Of a stretch of DNA of 64,000 bases, positions 1-12,600 are shown piece after piece. The translations under genes were made by a program, and so were the position numbers. The notes below the pieces were generated by a model that saw only the letters and a program-made list of their open reading frames with translations, had not been told where the DNA came from and searched no databases. The stretch lies in the NCBI GenBank assembly GCA_965209085.1, contig OZ242376.1:992001-1056000 (forward strand), given 5' to 3'. Position 1 is the first letter of the stretch, and every line of letters starts with the position of its first letter. Source of the stretch: Nitrosopumilaceae archaeon. GTDB taxonomy: Archaea > Thermoproteota > Nitrososphaeria > Nitrososphaerales > Nitrosopumilaceae.

Positions 1-1041
1 TCGCTTAAACCAATCTATGATGAAAAACATCTGCATTCTGCCATAAAGGGGGCAAAATCGCTCATTATTGCAGCAGATGAGAGTGTATCAAAACTTGGAT
101 TTGATGCAAACCATACAAGAGATGAGATTGAAAAACGGCATGATGCAGATATAGAGCTTGGAAAATACAGCATAGAGTATGCAAAACAAGTTGATGCGCT
201 GCAAGCGGATACGGATTTGCGCGAGAGAAAAGCTGATGCGCTCTTTGAGCAGATTAACTCTGATACCATATTGGTAAATCTTGCAATAGATGAGCGCTCC
301 TCTCAAATTTACGCCAAAATTATAAAGCTGCGCTCCAAAGTTGCCGGATTCAACGAGGATGAATTCCAGGGCATATTGCGTAAGATAGAGGATGCAAACC
401 AGAAAATGCTGTCCATACAAAAAGACCTTGGAGCTGACAGCGAGGCGCTAAAACAGGCCAAAGGGAATGCAGAGGTAAAATCAAAACTGTTAGCTGAGCT
501 GCACGCTGCATCCGGATTCATCCAAGAGCTTGAAAAAATACGCAGCATAGTGTATGGGAGGGACGGGCACGTGGCAACCAGTCTGCGCTCCTGGGCGCTT
601 GGAAGCATATCAAAAAAAACAGCATCGTATTTGGACATGTTTGATACAAAGGTACAGCGCATAGAGATGGAGGATAAAAAAAAGGATTTTACCATAAAAT
701 GTTATTCAGGAACCACAGAGCTTGACATAAAATCCCTCAGCGGTGGGGAGCGCGTCTGCGTAGCCCTAGCATTGAGGCTTTCAATGGCTGCAGTTTTTGG
801 CGCATCTAGAATGAATTTTGTCATACTTGATGAGCCAACAGCATACCTGGATGCTGAAAAAAAATCAGCTCTGGTAAATGCAATAACGCAAAGGCCAAAA
901 TCGCAAAACAATTCCCAGATACAGCTTGTAATTATAAGCCACGACAGGGAGATATTTGAGAATACTGCAGTAGAAAACGTCTATTCATTTGAGCCTGACG
1001 GCTCGCTTCCGGATTCGCCGACGATTGTAAAATCAAAATAA
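1..1041 (+). CDS. rad50: Rad50/SbcC-like SMC-family ATPase, C-terminal part (5' end outside window)
   Basis: Frame open from base 1; coiled-coil then ABC signature LSGGE, Walker B/D-loop VILDEPTAYLD and H-loop IISHD. Confidence 0.8.
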   Translation, partial: SLKPIYDEKHLHSAIKGAKSLIIAADESVSKLGFDANHTRDEIEKRHDADIELGKYSIEYAKQVDALQADTDLRERKADALFEQINSDTILVNLAIDERSSQIYAKIIKLRSKVAGFNEDEFQGILRKIEDANQKMLSIQKDLGADSEALKQAKGNAEVKSKLLAELHAASGFIQELEKIRSIVYGRDGHVATSLRSWALGSISKKTASYLDMFDTKVQRIEMEDKKKDFTIKCYSGTTELDIKSLSGGERVCVALALRLSMAAVFGASRMNFVILDEPTAYLDAEKKSALVNAITQRPKSQNNSQIQLVIISHDREIFENTAVENVYSFEPDGSLPDSPTIVKSK

Positions 1042-1554
1042 CTAGCCGCCGGTAAGCTTTGCAAATTTCTCATTTGTCCCCATTGTCTCCATAAACTCAA
1101 TGTTTGATAGTGCAACAACTGCAGAGTCGGCCACCGGTTTGTCTTTATCCTGCAGTGCGTTTTTTAGCGCATCTTTGGCCTCATTTGATCCGATTACTCC
1201 AAGAGCGATTGCTGCCTCATGACGGACAAACATACTCTCATCAGAGAGCGTGGATTTTACCAGTGTCGCTATTCCTGAGGCATGACCCATCTGTCCAAGT
1301 GAGAATGCAGCTTCGTGGCGGACAAGCTCGTTTGGGTCATCCTCTAGTACCTTTGCTATATACTGTATCTTATCATCCCCCCCAAAGTCCACTAGTATGC
1401 ACGTGGCGCGCGTCCGAATTACGTAATCTTTGTGCGTGAGTAGATGGACAAAGTATTCAGCGTTGCGTTTTTCATACATTGCCTCCATCTCTGAGAATAG
1501 TTCCATTCGCTCTTTTGGTATGATCATGTAAAATATCCATTTATTCTGATACAT
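1042..1554 (-). CDS. HEAT-repeat (PBS lyase HEAT-like) protein
   Basis: Repeated VRHEAAFSLG / VRHEAAIALG motifs; true start may be the downstream Met (MIIPKERM). Confidence 0.85.
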   Translation of the reverse strand: MYQNKWIFYMIIPKERMELFSEMEAMYEKRNAEYFVHLLTHKDYVIRTRATCILVDFGGDDKIQYIAKVLEDDPNELVRHEAAFSLGQMGHASGIATLVKSTLSDESMFVRHEAAIALGVIGSNEAKDALKNALQDKDKPVADSAVVALSNIEFMETMGTNEKFAKLTGG

Positions 1555-1620
1555 ATTGTTTTACGCCCCATATTCAAAATCATATACCAAGAGTTTTTTA
1601 ATGCAGAAAATCCCGCATGC

Positions 1621-2280
1621 ATGATGCAGGCTGTTATAGGGGAAAAAGCTCCAAATCTTCACCTTTCTGAATGGGTTCAGGGTATGCCGACAAACTTTGA
1701 TCAGGAAAAAGATCATATTGTGGTAGTAGAGGTATTCCAGGTAAACTGTCCGGGCTGTTTCATGTATGGTATACCTGAGGCAATATCAGTATATGAGAAA
1801 TATTCATCAAAAGGCGTGCGTGTAATAGGGGTTGCCACAGCATTTGAAGATTTTGATAAAAATACACTTGAGAATCTCAAAATGCTGGCAAAGACTGGCG
1901 AGGTAATCGGCGATACAAAACAGGGTCTTGGAGATTATGGAAAATTAAACGGGGACAAACTTGGCTATAAAATACCATTCCCTTTGGCGATGGACGAGGT
2001 TGTAAAGAGAAATGCTCCAGTAAATGAGGGGGATGTTTTGGGATTTATACGCACGCAGATACCTGACTTTGATGTACAGTCAGAGGATTATAAAACCCAG
2101 GTTATGCAGCGTGCAAAAGAGCACCTTGAATCAAATGAATATTCTGCGCATACGTTTGAGAACTATAGTCTGCGCGGAACACCCTCAGCTATACTAGTGG
2201 ATGGACAGGGAATACTGCGAGATGTTACCTTTGGACAAGGAGGTTTGGAATCAGCAGTCAGCGCAATCCTTGCAGAGTAA
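1621..2280 (+). CDS. Thioredoxin-fold redoxin (TlpA/AhpC-TSA-like)
   Basis: VVVEVFQVNCPGC CxxC motif and GTPSAILVD cis-Pro loop. Confidence 0.85.
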   Translation: MMQAVIGEKAPNLHLSEWVQGMPTNFDQEKDHIVVVEVFQVNCPGCFMYGIPEAISVYEKYSSKGVRVIGVATAFEDFDKNTLENLKMLAKTGEVIGDTKQGLGDYGKLNGDKLGYKIPFPLAMDEVVKRNAPVNEGDVLGFIRTQIPDFDVQSEDYKTQVMQRAKEHLESNEYSAHTFENYSLRGTPSAILVDGQGILRDVTFGQGGLESAVSAILAE

Positions 2281-2752
2281 TTTTTCCTGCCCCGTATCTA
2301 GTGTATATTGCCACAGCAGCAAACGCTGCTGCAAAAACATACAGCGTAGAGGAAAATTCTGGCAAATATGTGGTTCCCACAATGTCCAATTTGTAACCTC
2401 CCTTGCCTGAAAACTCTAATACTGCAAACGCTTTTTCTGCCCCCTGGTGCAGTATCTTTGGCATAATTTGTACATTATTTAGATAAAACGAGAGGTTGCC
2501 TCCGATGAGGTTTTCAGGTATGGTAATCTCCATTACGTTTTCAGTGACGCTTGTGTTAAAAGATGTGCTAAGACGCTTTGAATCACGCTCAAATTCGTAA
2601 GATTTTACATCAAATGTGGATACAGTCGTTACTGTAAAATCATATCCGCCAGTCTCAACCACGAATTGATTGTACAATCCTGGACTCTCCAACATGCCAT
2701 AGGATGCAGTAGGAAGAAACAAGAGTGAGATTACAAGCAGTCGTGCATTCAA
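2258..2752 (-). CDS. Secreted surface protein with PEF(G)-CTERM-like sorting signal
   Basis: N-terminal signal peptide; C-terminal PEF motif, hydrophobic helix and basic tail (PEFSSTLYVFAAAFAAVAIYTRYGAGK). Confidence 0.7.
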   Translation of the reverse strand: MNARLLVISLLFLPTASYGMLESPGLYNQFVVETGGYDFTVTTVSTFDVKSYEFERDSKRLSTSFNTSVTENVMEITIPENLIGGNLSFYLNNVQIMPKILHQGAEKAFAVLEFSGKGGYKLDIVGTTYLPEFSSTLYVFAAAFAAVAIYTRYGAGKITLQGLR

Positions 2753-2753
2753 T

Positions 2754-3206
2754 TTATGCTACCGAAAGGACGCGCGCTCGGAGTTCTTTATCTTTTGAGA
2801 CTCGCGGATGTGCCGGATCTGCTAGAATAATTTCAAACCAATAGTGCATTCCGTCCTTGTAGATAAAATACGAACCAAACAGTTTCATGTTTGGATATCT
2901 TTCCAAAACCCGGTTTTCTGCCACCTCTTTCATGCTAACGTCTGCCTTTATTCGTGTCACGCCAAGATGCTTTGGTCTGCGGCCTCCCCTAGGACGCTGC
3001 TTGCGCATGCCTCCTGTACCAACTCTGGCACGCACCACGATGATTCCCTGTTTTGCCTTGTATCCAAGTCGGTGTGCACGGGCGATACGGCTAGGATGAT
3101 CTAGTTTTACAATTGCTTCCTGACGTCTCCAGGCTATAACGCGGTCGCGTATATCGTGAGTGTTTTCCCGCCAAAGCTTTACCCATTGCGTGTCCTCACC
3201 ATGCAT
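2754..3206 (-). CDS. rpl15e: 50S ribosomal protein L15e
   Basis: LGYKAKQGIIVVRARV, RRPKHLG, AENRVLERYPNM and WFEIILADPAHP motifs. Confidence 0.95.
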   Translation of the reverse strand: MHGEDTQWVKLWRENTHDIRDRVIAWRRQEAIVKLDHPSRIARAHRLGYKAKQGIIVVRARVGTGGMRKQRPRGGRRPKHLGVTRIKADVSMKEVAENRVLERYPNMKLFGSYFIYKDGMHYWFEIILADPAHPRVSKDKELRARVLSVA

Positions 3207-3622
3207 GTATTTTGCTGATCATAGCTCCTTAATATCTCAAACGGGTCATATGAGATGTCCATGAATGAGCATTTTTTATAAAAATCCGATCAAATTCATT
3301 CAAAATCATGCAACATGTCCACCAATTCACCGGGGTCAAAGCTGGTTTGTCATAACGGACTTGGTTTCCATGGCCTTACCACTTGATTTTTTGCTTTCAT
3401 TATAATCGAGGTTAACATTTGGTGTGATTGGCAAGATTTTTTCATCGTTTGTGCTTTGTTGATTTCATTAAATTGGCGCTGATCTGATCCAAAGCTTTTT
3501 CGGTCATTTACGTTCATGATCTAAAAGCTTTATGGTATGTTTTTGATTTTATTCATGGTCAAAACCCTCATAGGTAAAGGTTCATTATATTCAGCATTTC
3601 CAATTCTGTGCTTAATTATATT

Positions 3623-3654
<32 letters not shown>

Positions 3655-3659
3655 TTTTT

Positions 3660-6600
3660 ATGGTAACAAAGGTCAATATTCTAAAATTACAGCATGGAAA
3701 CATTGTTTTAATATTTGCACTTGTATTGCTTTCGCCGTTGCCGTTTGTGTCTCCGTTTTCATACAATCATCAACCAGCACAAGCTATGATTTTTGACAAC
3801 CCGCAGATTCCAAAAAATTTCATGGTGATTCCCACTGCATCATCCATAAAATTAATCGATGTGGAGCTTATCCATGATGTATCATCCGGGGGTGAAGTGA
3901 GTGGAAATATCTTTAATTTACGAATAGCAACGCGTGTTGATGCAATTGATATAAAAGAATCCGTCTTTGTTATGGCCGCATCCAATTCAGAGGGTTTTCA
4001 GTTTCTAAATGTAACAGACCCAAATAACGAGAGCATTGCCAGTAATTCAATTTCTACTTTTTATCGTGTTAGCCGCAATAATATTATTGCTAATGATTTC
4101 TCCGCTGGTGCTGTAGACATATCGCCAGTTAAAATTGGTGATTTTACCTATGCCTTGTTGGTTGTTAATTCTGGTACACAAGGTGGTTCGACGGGTTATG
4201 CCATACCTAGTGGCGATATTATTCAGATAAGAAATATAACTGATTTATCCCCCATTATTGGTCCAGCATATGTATCTGAGTTTAGACCAGCTAAAAATGT
4301 ATCATTTGTTACCACAGTCAAAATTGACGGTTCAGTTTATGCGCTGTCAACATCCGTTATTAATCATAGCGTACACATGACAAACATTACAAACGTTTCA
4401 GACCCAAGCGTGTTGTTTAATGTAGATAATAATACTGCAGGGTATGAGACACTTTACGGTGCGTTAGGCATTGCCACTGTACAAATAAACGGCGCGTATT
4501 ATGCACTTGTTACATCTTTTTATGACAGCGGCGTAACAATCATCAATATTACAGATCCTACAAACGCCTCCAGAGTGTCATCCATAGTGGATGAGACAAA
4601 ACTGGACAAGTCGTATGATATAACGACAGTTAAAATAAACAATTCATACTATGCGTTGGTGACATCTAGTAATACCAATAGTTTAACAATCATCAATATT
4701 ACAAATCCAGCATCCCCAAATTTTATCAACACCATAACCCTCAGCACCGAATATCAAATATTAGAGGGTGCAAGGGGCGTTTCCGCCGTCCAGATAAATG
4801 ACACGTATTATGCAATGGTTACAGCAAATATGGGTGTTCAAATTATAAACATCACCACTCCATCATCCCCAACTCCTGTCAGCGGCATAAAAAACGATGT
4901 TGTCGAGTATACGGCACTAAGTCATTCAACTGACATTGTCACAATACAGATAGGAGAATTAAATTATACGTTTGTAACCAGCTTTCTAGATAATGCCATC
5001 CAGGTAATAAAACACGGGTTCATCCTCGATCCTGATACTTATCCCATTGTGGTTACAAGTAATAACACCGACCCATGGTATGCCAAAGCAGGGGATAACA
5101 TTACCGTTCAAGTAAAAGTAAACAACACATTTACCACGCATAATGCGAGTATTCTAAATGCAACGCTGCAGACACACGTTGAAAATTCCAGCTATATGCT
5201 TAACGCCAGCGTGTTGGTTCCAAATTATGCAATCGGGGAATATGCCGCGTTTAACATTACAGTTGCAAACGGCATACACACGTTAACTATTACCGAAGAT
5301 GATCTAAGATATGTGAGAAATGTATTCGTAGATACTGTACGCCCAGGCATAACCTTAATAGATGATGCAAATTATATAGTGTACACTAATACAAATCCTA
5401 CAATTCCAGGAGCTAGTGCAACTGACAATGATCCAGGTTATTCTAATGGATACAGTGTATCTAGTAGCGGCCAACTAAATACAAGTATGGTGGGATCTGT
5501 TGTCACATATACGTACACGGCAAATTCAGATACGGCCGGCAATCGGGGTGAAAGTGTTACAAGAAATGTCACCGTAGCGTCCGGACCGCCAATTGATTTA
5601 GTTAATTTGTCGATATATTCAGAAGTGAACTACGACGGATCCAACGTTGTTTATGTTAATGAAAGTAAGAGGGTCTCTATTTTTGAAAACACGGATTCAG
5701 TCATTATAGATGGTGCAATGATTTGGGGTGTTGGAGGAAATAATACGAATAATGATAATAATCTTAATTTTACTTTAAGGCCAAATCAACAAACTATCAT
5801 TTTTTATTTTTATATGCCTCCCAATACTAATGGAAACATTACATTTTCCACGAGTGTTACAAGCAATTTTGGAAGCACGCTTGTTGTAACACAGGATAAT
5901 ATTACAGATGGGAGGTTCGTTATAGCAGATACTATATCTCCCGTCATAACACTCATCGGCAATTCAACTGTTACGATAAATGCCGGAGAAAATTATACTG
6001 ATATGGGTGCCAGCATTAACGATACGAATCTAATCCCGAACCCGATCATATCATCTAATGCTAGCGATGTGAATACAACCATTCCTGGAACGTACATTAT
6101 AGAATACTCTGCATCAGCAGATCTGGCAGGAAATAAACCCAGCAATGTCACAAGAGAGCTCACAGTCAATGCAAATCCAATAGAGATAACTTTGTTGAAA
6201 ATTGCAAGCTCATCCAACAACAATTTTGCGCGTGCCGGTCAGAATGTAACCGTTGTACTGGAAACTGACGGCTCTGATCTTGTAAATGCTGTTGGAACCG
6301 TATTGGGAAGTGCTTTTACAAACGTTACTGCAGGAGGATCGGGCAACTTTACAGTTACTGTCCTGTCCGGTGATACGAATGGAAACGCCACATTTTCAAT
6401 AACTGTTGAAAACTCTAGTCTAAATATAATTCTCATAACAGAAGAAAACATTACCGACGGTTCGTTTGTCACAATAGATACGATAAAACCCATAATTGTT
6501 TTGACTGGCGGTGCAGGTTCTGTACTCCAGGATGAGACATATCAGGATCCTGGCACCACAATATCAGATAGTAACAATGCATCATATGCAGGTTCCGTAT

Positions 6601-9600
6601 CTAACACATCATTAAACACCGCGATACTTGGCCCACAAAACATTACCTATACTGGCACTGCGGATGCGGCAGGTAACGTACCGGATTCAATAAACAGAAC
6701 TATCACAGTGCTGGCAAAACCGCTTGGTCTGAATTCGCTGACAATTGAATCAAACAACAATGTAAACACCTCTTTTGCCAAAGACGGGGATGTGATTACA
6801 GTAACGCTTGCTACAAACGGCACGATTGGTAATGTTACAGGAGTAATTGCAGGCAATTCTGCCACATATACTGCCACCGGTGATAGTGCATCAGTTATGG
6901 TAACAGTTGATGGAACCTTTACTGATACTGCCAGCGTCACATTTTCGATTAACGCATCCAACGCGGATAATCTTGCATATAAAATATTTACAGATACAAA
7001 TCTGACTGGATCAAATATTGCCATAGATACAATTCCACCTAGTATAACATTAAACGGTGCAAACAACACCATTGTTATCATGAATCAACCATATGAGGAT
7101 CCAAACGCCACAGCATCTGATGCATCATATGCAACAGGTAGCGTACAGGTATCCGGAGCCGGCAATGTAGATATTACAACAAATGCCATCTATACACTCA
7201 CTTATACTGCACCTAATGATCCTGCAGGTAATATTGGATCGGTCATAACACGGACTGTTACAGTGCAGGATGCACCGCCAATAAATGTTAACTCGCTGAG
7301 TATTGCAAGCAATTCTGGAAATAATTATGCAAATGCGGGCAAAACCGTAACCGTCACTCTTGTAACTGATGGTTCCGATTTGGGCAATATTACTGGAACC
7401 TTGCTTGGAAGGGCGTTGATAAATGATACAAACGGCGGCTCTTCTGTATTTACTGCCACAGTCGTATCCGGCGATAATGGAAATGCTACATTTTCAATTA
7501 CCATGACAAACTCTAGTGGTAACCGAATCTCAGTAACAAATGCTAACATCACAGACAGCTCATCTGTCACAATAGATACAGCAGATCCGCAGCTGCAAAA
7601 CCTGACCATATCCAGTGACAATTCAAACTCTACTATTGCAACCATAAACGATGCTTTAACCATAACAATTACCGCCGATGAGGCACTCAAAGGGGCAAAC
7701 GTTACGGTTCTAGGTACAACCTATACAATGAACATAAACAATGACACTGCAAGTGCAAACGTAACGGTAAACTCGACAAATCCTGAAGGAAACGTCACAT
7801 TTAACATCACAGCCTTTGATCTTGCAGGAAACACTCTGAGTGCAAATCACACAAATCTAAACTCTTCAAACGTCACAATAGACCGCACAAACCCACAGCT
7901 GATGAATCTGACCATATACAGCGACAACCATGTCCCATCCTTTGCAACCTTGAACGATAATCTGACCATAACAATTACCGCCAATGAGGCACTCAAAGCG
8001 GCAGACATTGCGGTTCTAGGTACAACCTATACAATGAACATATCTGGCACAACTGCAACTGCGACTGTAACAGTAACTGCACTATCTTCAGAGGGGAATG
8101 TCACCTTTGATATCACAGCAGCTGATCTTGCAGGAAACACTCTGAGTGCAAATCAGATAAATCTAACATCTTCAAACGTCACAATAGACCGCACCGCACC
8201 AAGTGGTGTAAATCTCATAGTTCACAGCGACAATGCGGACCCGACGCTTGCAAAGGCAGGCGATGTGATAAACATCACCCTAATGGCAGCAGAACCAATC
8301 ATGAATGCAACTTTACAAATATTTGATAATGACAATATAACCATGACTGTAACAAATGATACTGCGTCTGCAAACATTCCCGTCCCGCAAAATGCTTCAA
8401 ACGGACAGATAATGTTCAACATTACAGCAGAAGATATCTCTGGCAATACATTTTCTGTAACACAGGCAAACATCACATCCGGCGAAGTCCGAGTTGATAC
8501 AATAGATCCGAAACTGACAAACCTGAGCATATCCAGTGACAATTCAAACTCTACTATTGCAACCATAAACGATACTTTAACCATAACAATTACCGCCGAT
8601 GAGGCACTCAAAGGGGCAAACGTTACGGTTCTAGGTGAATTATATACAATGGCCATATCTGGCACAACTGCAACTGCTACTGTAACAGTAACTGCACTAT
8701 CTTCAGAGGGGAATGTCACCTTTGATATCACAGCCTTTGATCTTGCAGGAAACACTCTGAGTGCAAATCAGATAAATCTAACATCTTCAAACGTCACAAT
8801 AGACCGCACAAACCCACAGCTGATGAATCTGACCATATACAGCGACAACCATGTCCCATCCTTTGCAACCTTGAACGATAATCTGACCATAACAATTACC
8901 GCCAATGAGGCACTCAAAGCGGCAGACATTGCGGTTCTAGGTACAACCTATACAATGAACATATCTGGCACAACTGCAACTGCGACTGTAACAGTAACTG
9001 CACTATCTTCAGAGGGGAATGTCACCTTTGATATCACAGCAGCTGATCTTGCAGGAAACACTCTGAGTGCAAATCAGATAAATCTAACATCTTCAAACGT
9101 CACAATAGACCGCACCGCACCAAGTGGTGTAAATCTCATAGTTCACAGCGACAATGCGGACCCGACGCTTGCAAAGGCAGGCGATGTGATAAACATCACC
9201 CTAATGGCAGCAGAACCGATCATGATGGCAACTTTGCAAATATTTGATAATGACAATATAACCATGACTGTAACAAATGATACTGCGTCTGCAAACATTC
9301 CCGTCCCGCAAAATGCTTCAAACGGACAGATAATGTTCAACATTACAGCAGAAGATATCTCTGGCAATACATTTTCTGTAACACAGGCAAACATCACATC
9401 CGGCGAAGTCCGAGTTGATACAATAGATCCGAAACTGACAAACCTGAGCATATCCAGTGACAATTCAAACTCTACTATTGCAACCATAAACGATACTTTA
9501 ACCATAACAATTACCGCCGATGAGGCACTCAAAGGGGCAAACGTTACGGTTCTAGGTGAATTATATACAATGGCCATATCTGGCACAACTGCAACTGCAA

Positions 9601-12600
9601 CTGCGACTGTAACAGTAACTGCACTATCTTCAGAGGGGAATGTCACCTTTGATATCACAGCCTTTGATCTTGCAGGAAACACTCTGAGTGCAAATCAGAT
9701 AAATCTAACATCTTCAAACGTCACAATAGACCGCACAAACCCACAGCTGATGAATCTGACCATATACAGCGACAACCATGTCCCATCCTTTGCAACCTTG
9801 AACGATAATCTGACCATAACAATTACCGCCAATGAGGCACTCAAAGCGGCAGACATTGCGGTTCTAGGTACAACCTATACAATGAACATAAACAATGACA
9901 CTGCAAGTGCAAACGTAACGGTAAACTCGACAAATCCTGAAGGAAACGTCACATTTAACATCACAGCCTTTGATCTTGCAGGAAACATTCTGAGTGCAAA
10001 TCACACAAATCTAAACTCTTCAAACGTCACAATAGACCGCACAAACCCACAGCTGATGAATCTGACCATATACAGCGACAACCCTGTCCCATCCTTTGCA
10101 ACCTTGAACGATAATCTGACCATAACAATTACCGCCGATGAGGCACTCAAAGGGGCAAACGTTACGGTTCTAGGTACAACCTATACAATGAACATAAACA
10201 ATGACACTGCAAGTGCAAACGTAACGGTAAACTCGACAAATCCTGAAGGAAACGTCACATTTAACATCACAGCCTTTGATCTTGCAGGAAACACTCTGAG
10301 TGCAAATCAGATAAATCTAACATCTTCAAACGTCACAATAGACCGCACCGCACCAAGTGGTGTAAATCTCATAGTTCACAGCGACAATGCGGACCCGACG
10401 CTTGCAAAGGCAGGCGATGTGATAAACATCACCCTAATGGCAGCAGAACCAATCATGAATGCAGCTTTACAAATATTTGATAATGACAATATAACCATGA
10501 CTGTAACAATTGATACTGCGTCTGCAAACATTCCCGTCCCGCAAAATGCTTCAAACGGACAGATAGTGTTCAACATTACAGCAGAAGATATCTCTGGCAA
10601 TACATTTTCTGTAACACAGGCAAACATCACATCCGGCGAAGTCCGAGTTGATACAATAGATTCGAAACTGACAAACCTGAGCATATCCAGTGACAATTCA
10701 AACTCTACTATTGCAACCATAAACGATACTTTAACCATAACAATTACCGCCGATGAGGCACTCAAAGGGGCAAACGTTACGGTTCTAGGTACAACCTATA
10801 CAATGAACATAAACAATGACACTGCAAGTGCAAACGTAACGGTAAACTCGACAAATCCTGAAGGAAACGTCACATTTAACATCACAGCCTTTGATCTTGC
10901 AGGAAACACTCTGAGTGCAAATCAGATAAATCTAACATCTTCAAACGTCACAATAGACCGCACAAACCCACAGCTGATGAATCTGACCATATACAGCGAC
11001 AACCATGTCCCATCCTTTGCAACCTTGAACGATAATCTGACCATAACAATTACCGCCAATGAGGCACTCAAAGCGGCAGACATTGCGGTTCTAGGTACAA
11101 CCTATACAATGAACATATCTGGCACAACTGCAACTGCGACTGTAACAGTAACTGCACTATCTTCAGAGGGGAATGTCACCTTTGATATCACAGCAGCTGA
11201 TCTTGCAGGAAACACTCTGAGTGCAAATCAGATAAATCTAACATCTTCAAACGTCACAATAGACCGCACAAACCCACAGCTGATGAATCTGACCATATAC
11301 AGCGACAACCATGTCCCATCCTTTGCAACCTTGAACGATAATCTGACCATAACAATTACCGCCAATGAGGCACTCAAAGCGGCAGACATTGCGGTTCTAG
11401 GTACAACCTATACAATGAACATATCTGGCACAACTGCAACTGCGACTGTAACAGTAACTGCACTATCTTCAGAGGGGAATGTCACCTTTGATATCACAGC
11501 AGCTGATCTTGCAGGAAACACTCTGAGTGCAAATCAGATAAATCTAACATCTTCAAACATCACAATAGACCGCACAAACCCACAGCTGATGAATCTGACC
11601 ATATACAGCGACAACCATGTCCCATCCTTTGCAACCTTGAACGATAATCTGACCATAACAATTACCGCCAATGAGGCACTCAAAGCGGCAGACATTGCGG
11701 TTCTAGGTACAACCTATACAATGAACATATCTGGCACAACTGCAACTGCGACTGTAACAGTAACTGCACTATCTTCAGAGGGGAATGTCACCTTTGATAT
11801 CACAGCAGCTGATCTTGCAGGAAACACTCTGAGTGCAAATCAGATAAATCTAACATCTTCAAACGTCACAATAGACCGCACCGCACCAAGTGGTGTAAAT
11901 CTCATAGTTCACAGCGACAATGCGGACCCGACGCTTGCAAAGGCAGGCGATGTGATAAACATCACCCTAATGGCAGCAGAACCAATCATGAATGCAACTT
12001 TACAAATATTTGATAATGACAATATAACCATGACTGTAACAAATGATACTGCGTCTGCAAACATTCCCGTCCCGCAAAATGCTTCAAACGGACAGATAAT
12101 GTTCAACATTACAGCAGAAGATATCTCTGGCAATACATTTTCTGTAACACAGGCAAACATCACATCCGGCGAAGTCCGAGTTGATACAATAGATCCGAAA
12201 CTGACAAACCTGAGCATATCCAGTGACAATTCAAACTCTACTATTGCAACCATAAACGATACTTTAACCATAACAATTACCGCCGATGAGGCACTCAAAG
12301 GGGCAAACGTTACGGTTCTAGGTACAACCTATACAATGAACATAAACAATGACACTGCAAGTGCAAACGTAACGGTAAACTCGACAAATCCTGAAGGAAA
12401 CGTCACATTTAACATCACAGCCTTTGATCTTGCAGGAAACACTCTGAGTGCAAATCAGATAAATCTAACATCTTCAAACGTCACAATAGACCGCACCGCA
12501 CCAAGTGGTGTAAATCTCATAGTTCACAGCGACAATGCGGACCCGACGCTTGCAAAGGCAGGCGATGTGATAAACATCACCCTAATGGCAGCAGAACCAA

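Noticed and set aside
3241-3520. Minus-strand frame MNVNDRK...SPL*QTSFDPGELVDMLHDFE upstream of rpl15e
   Set aside because: Short, interrupted and with no recognisable family; cannot be supported as a gene
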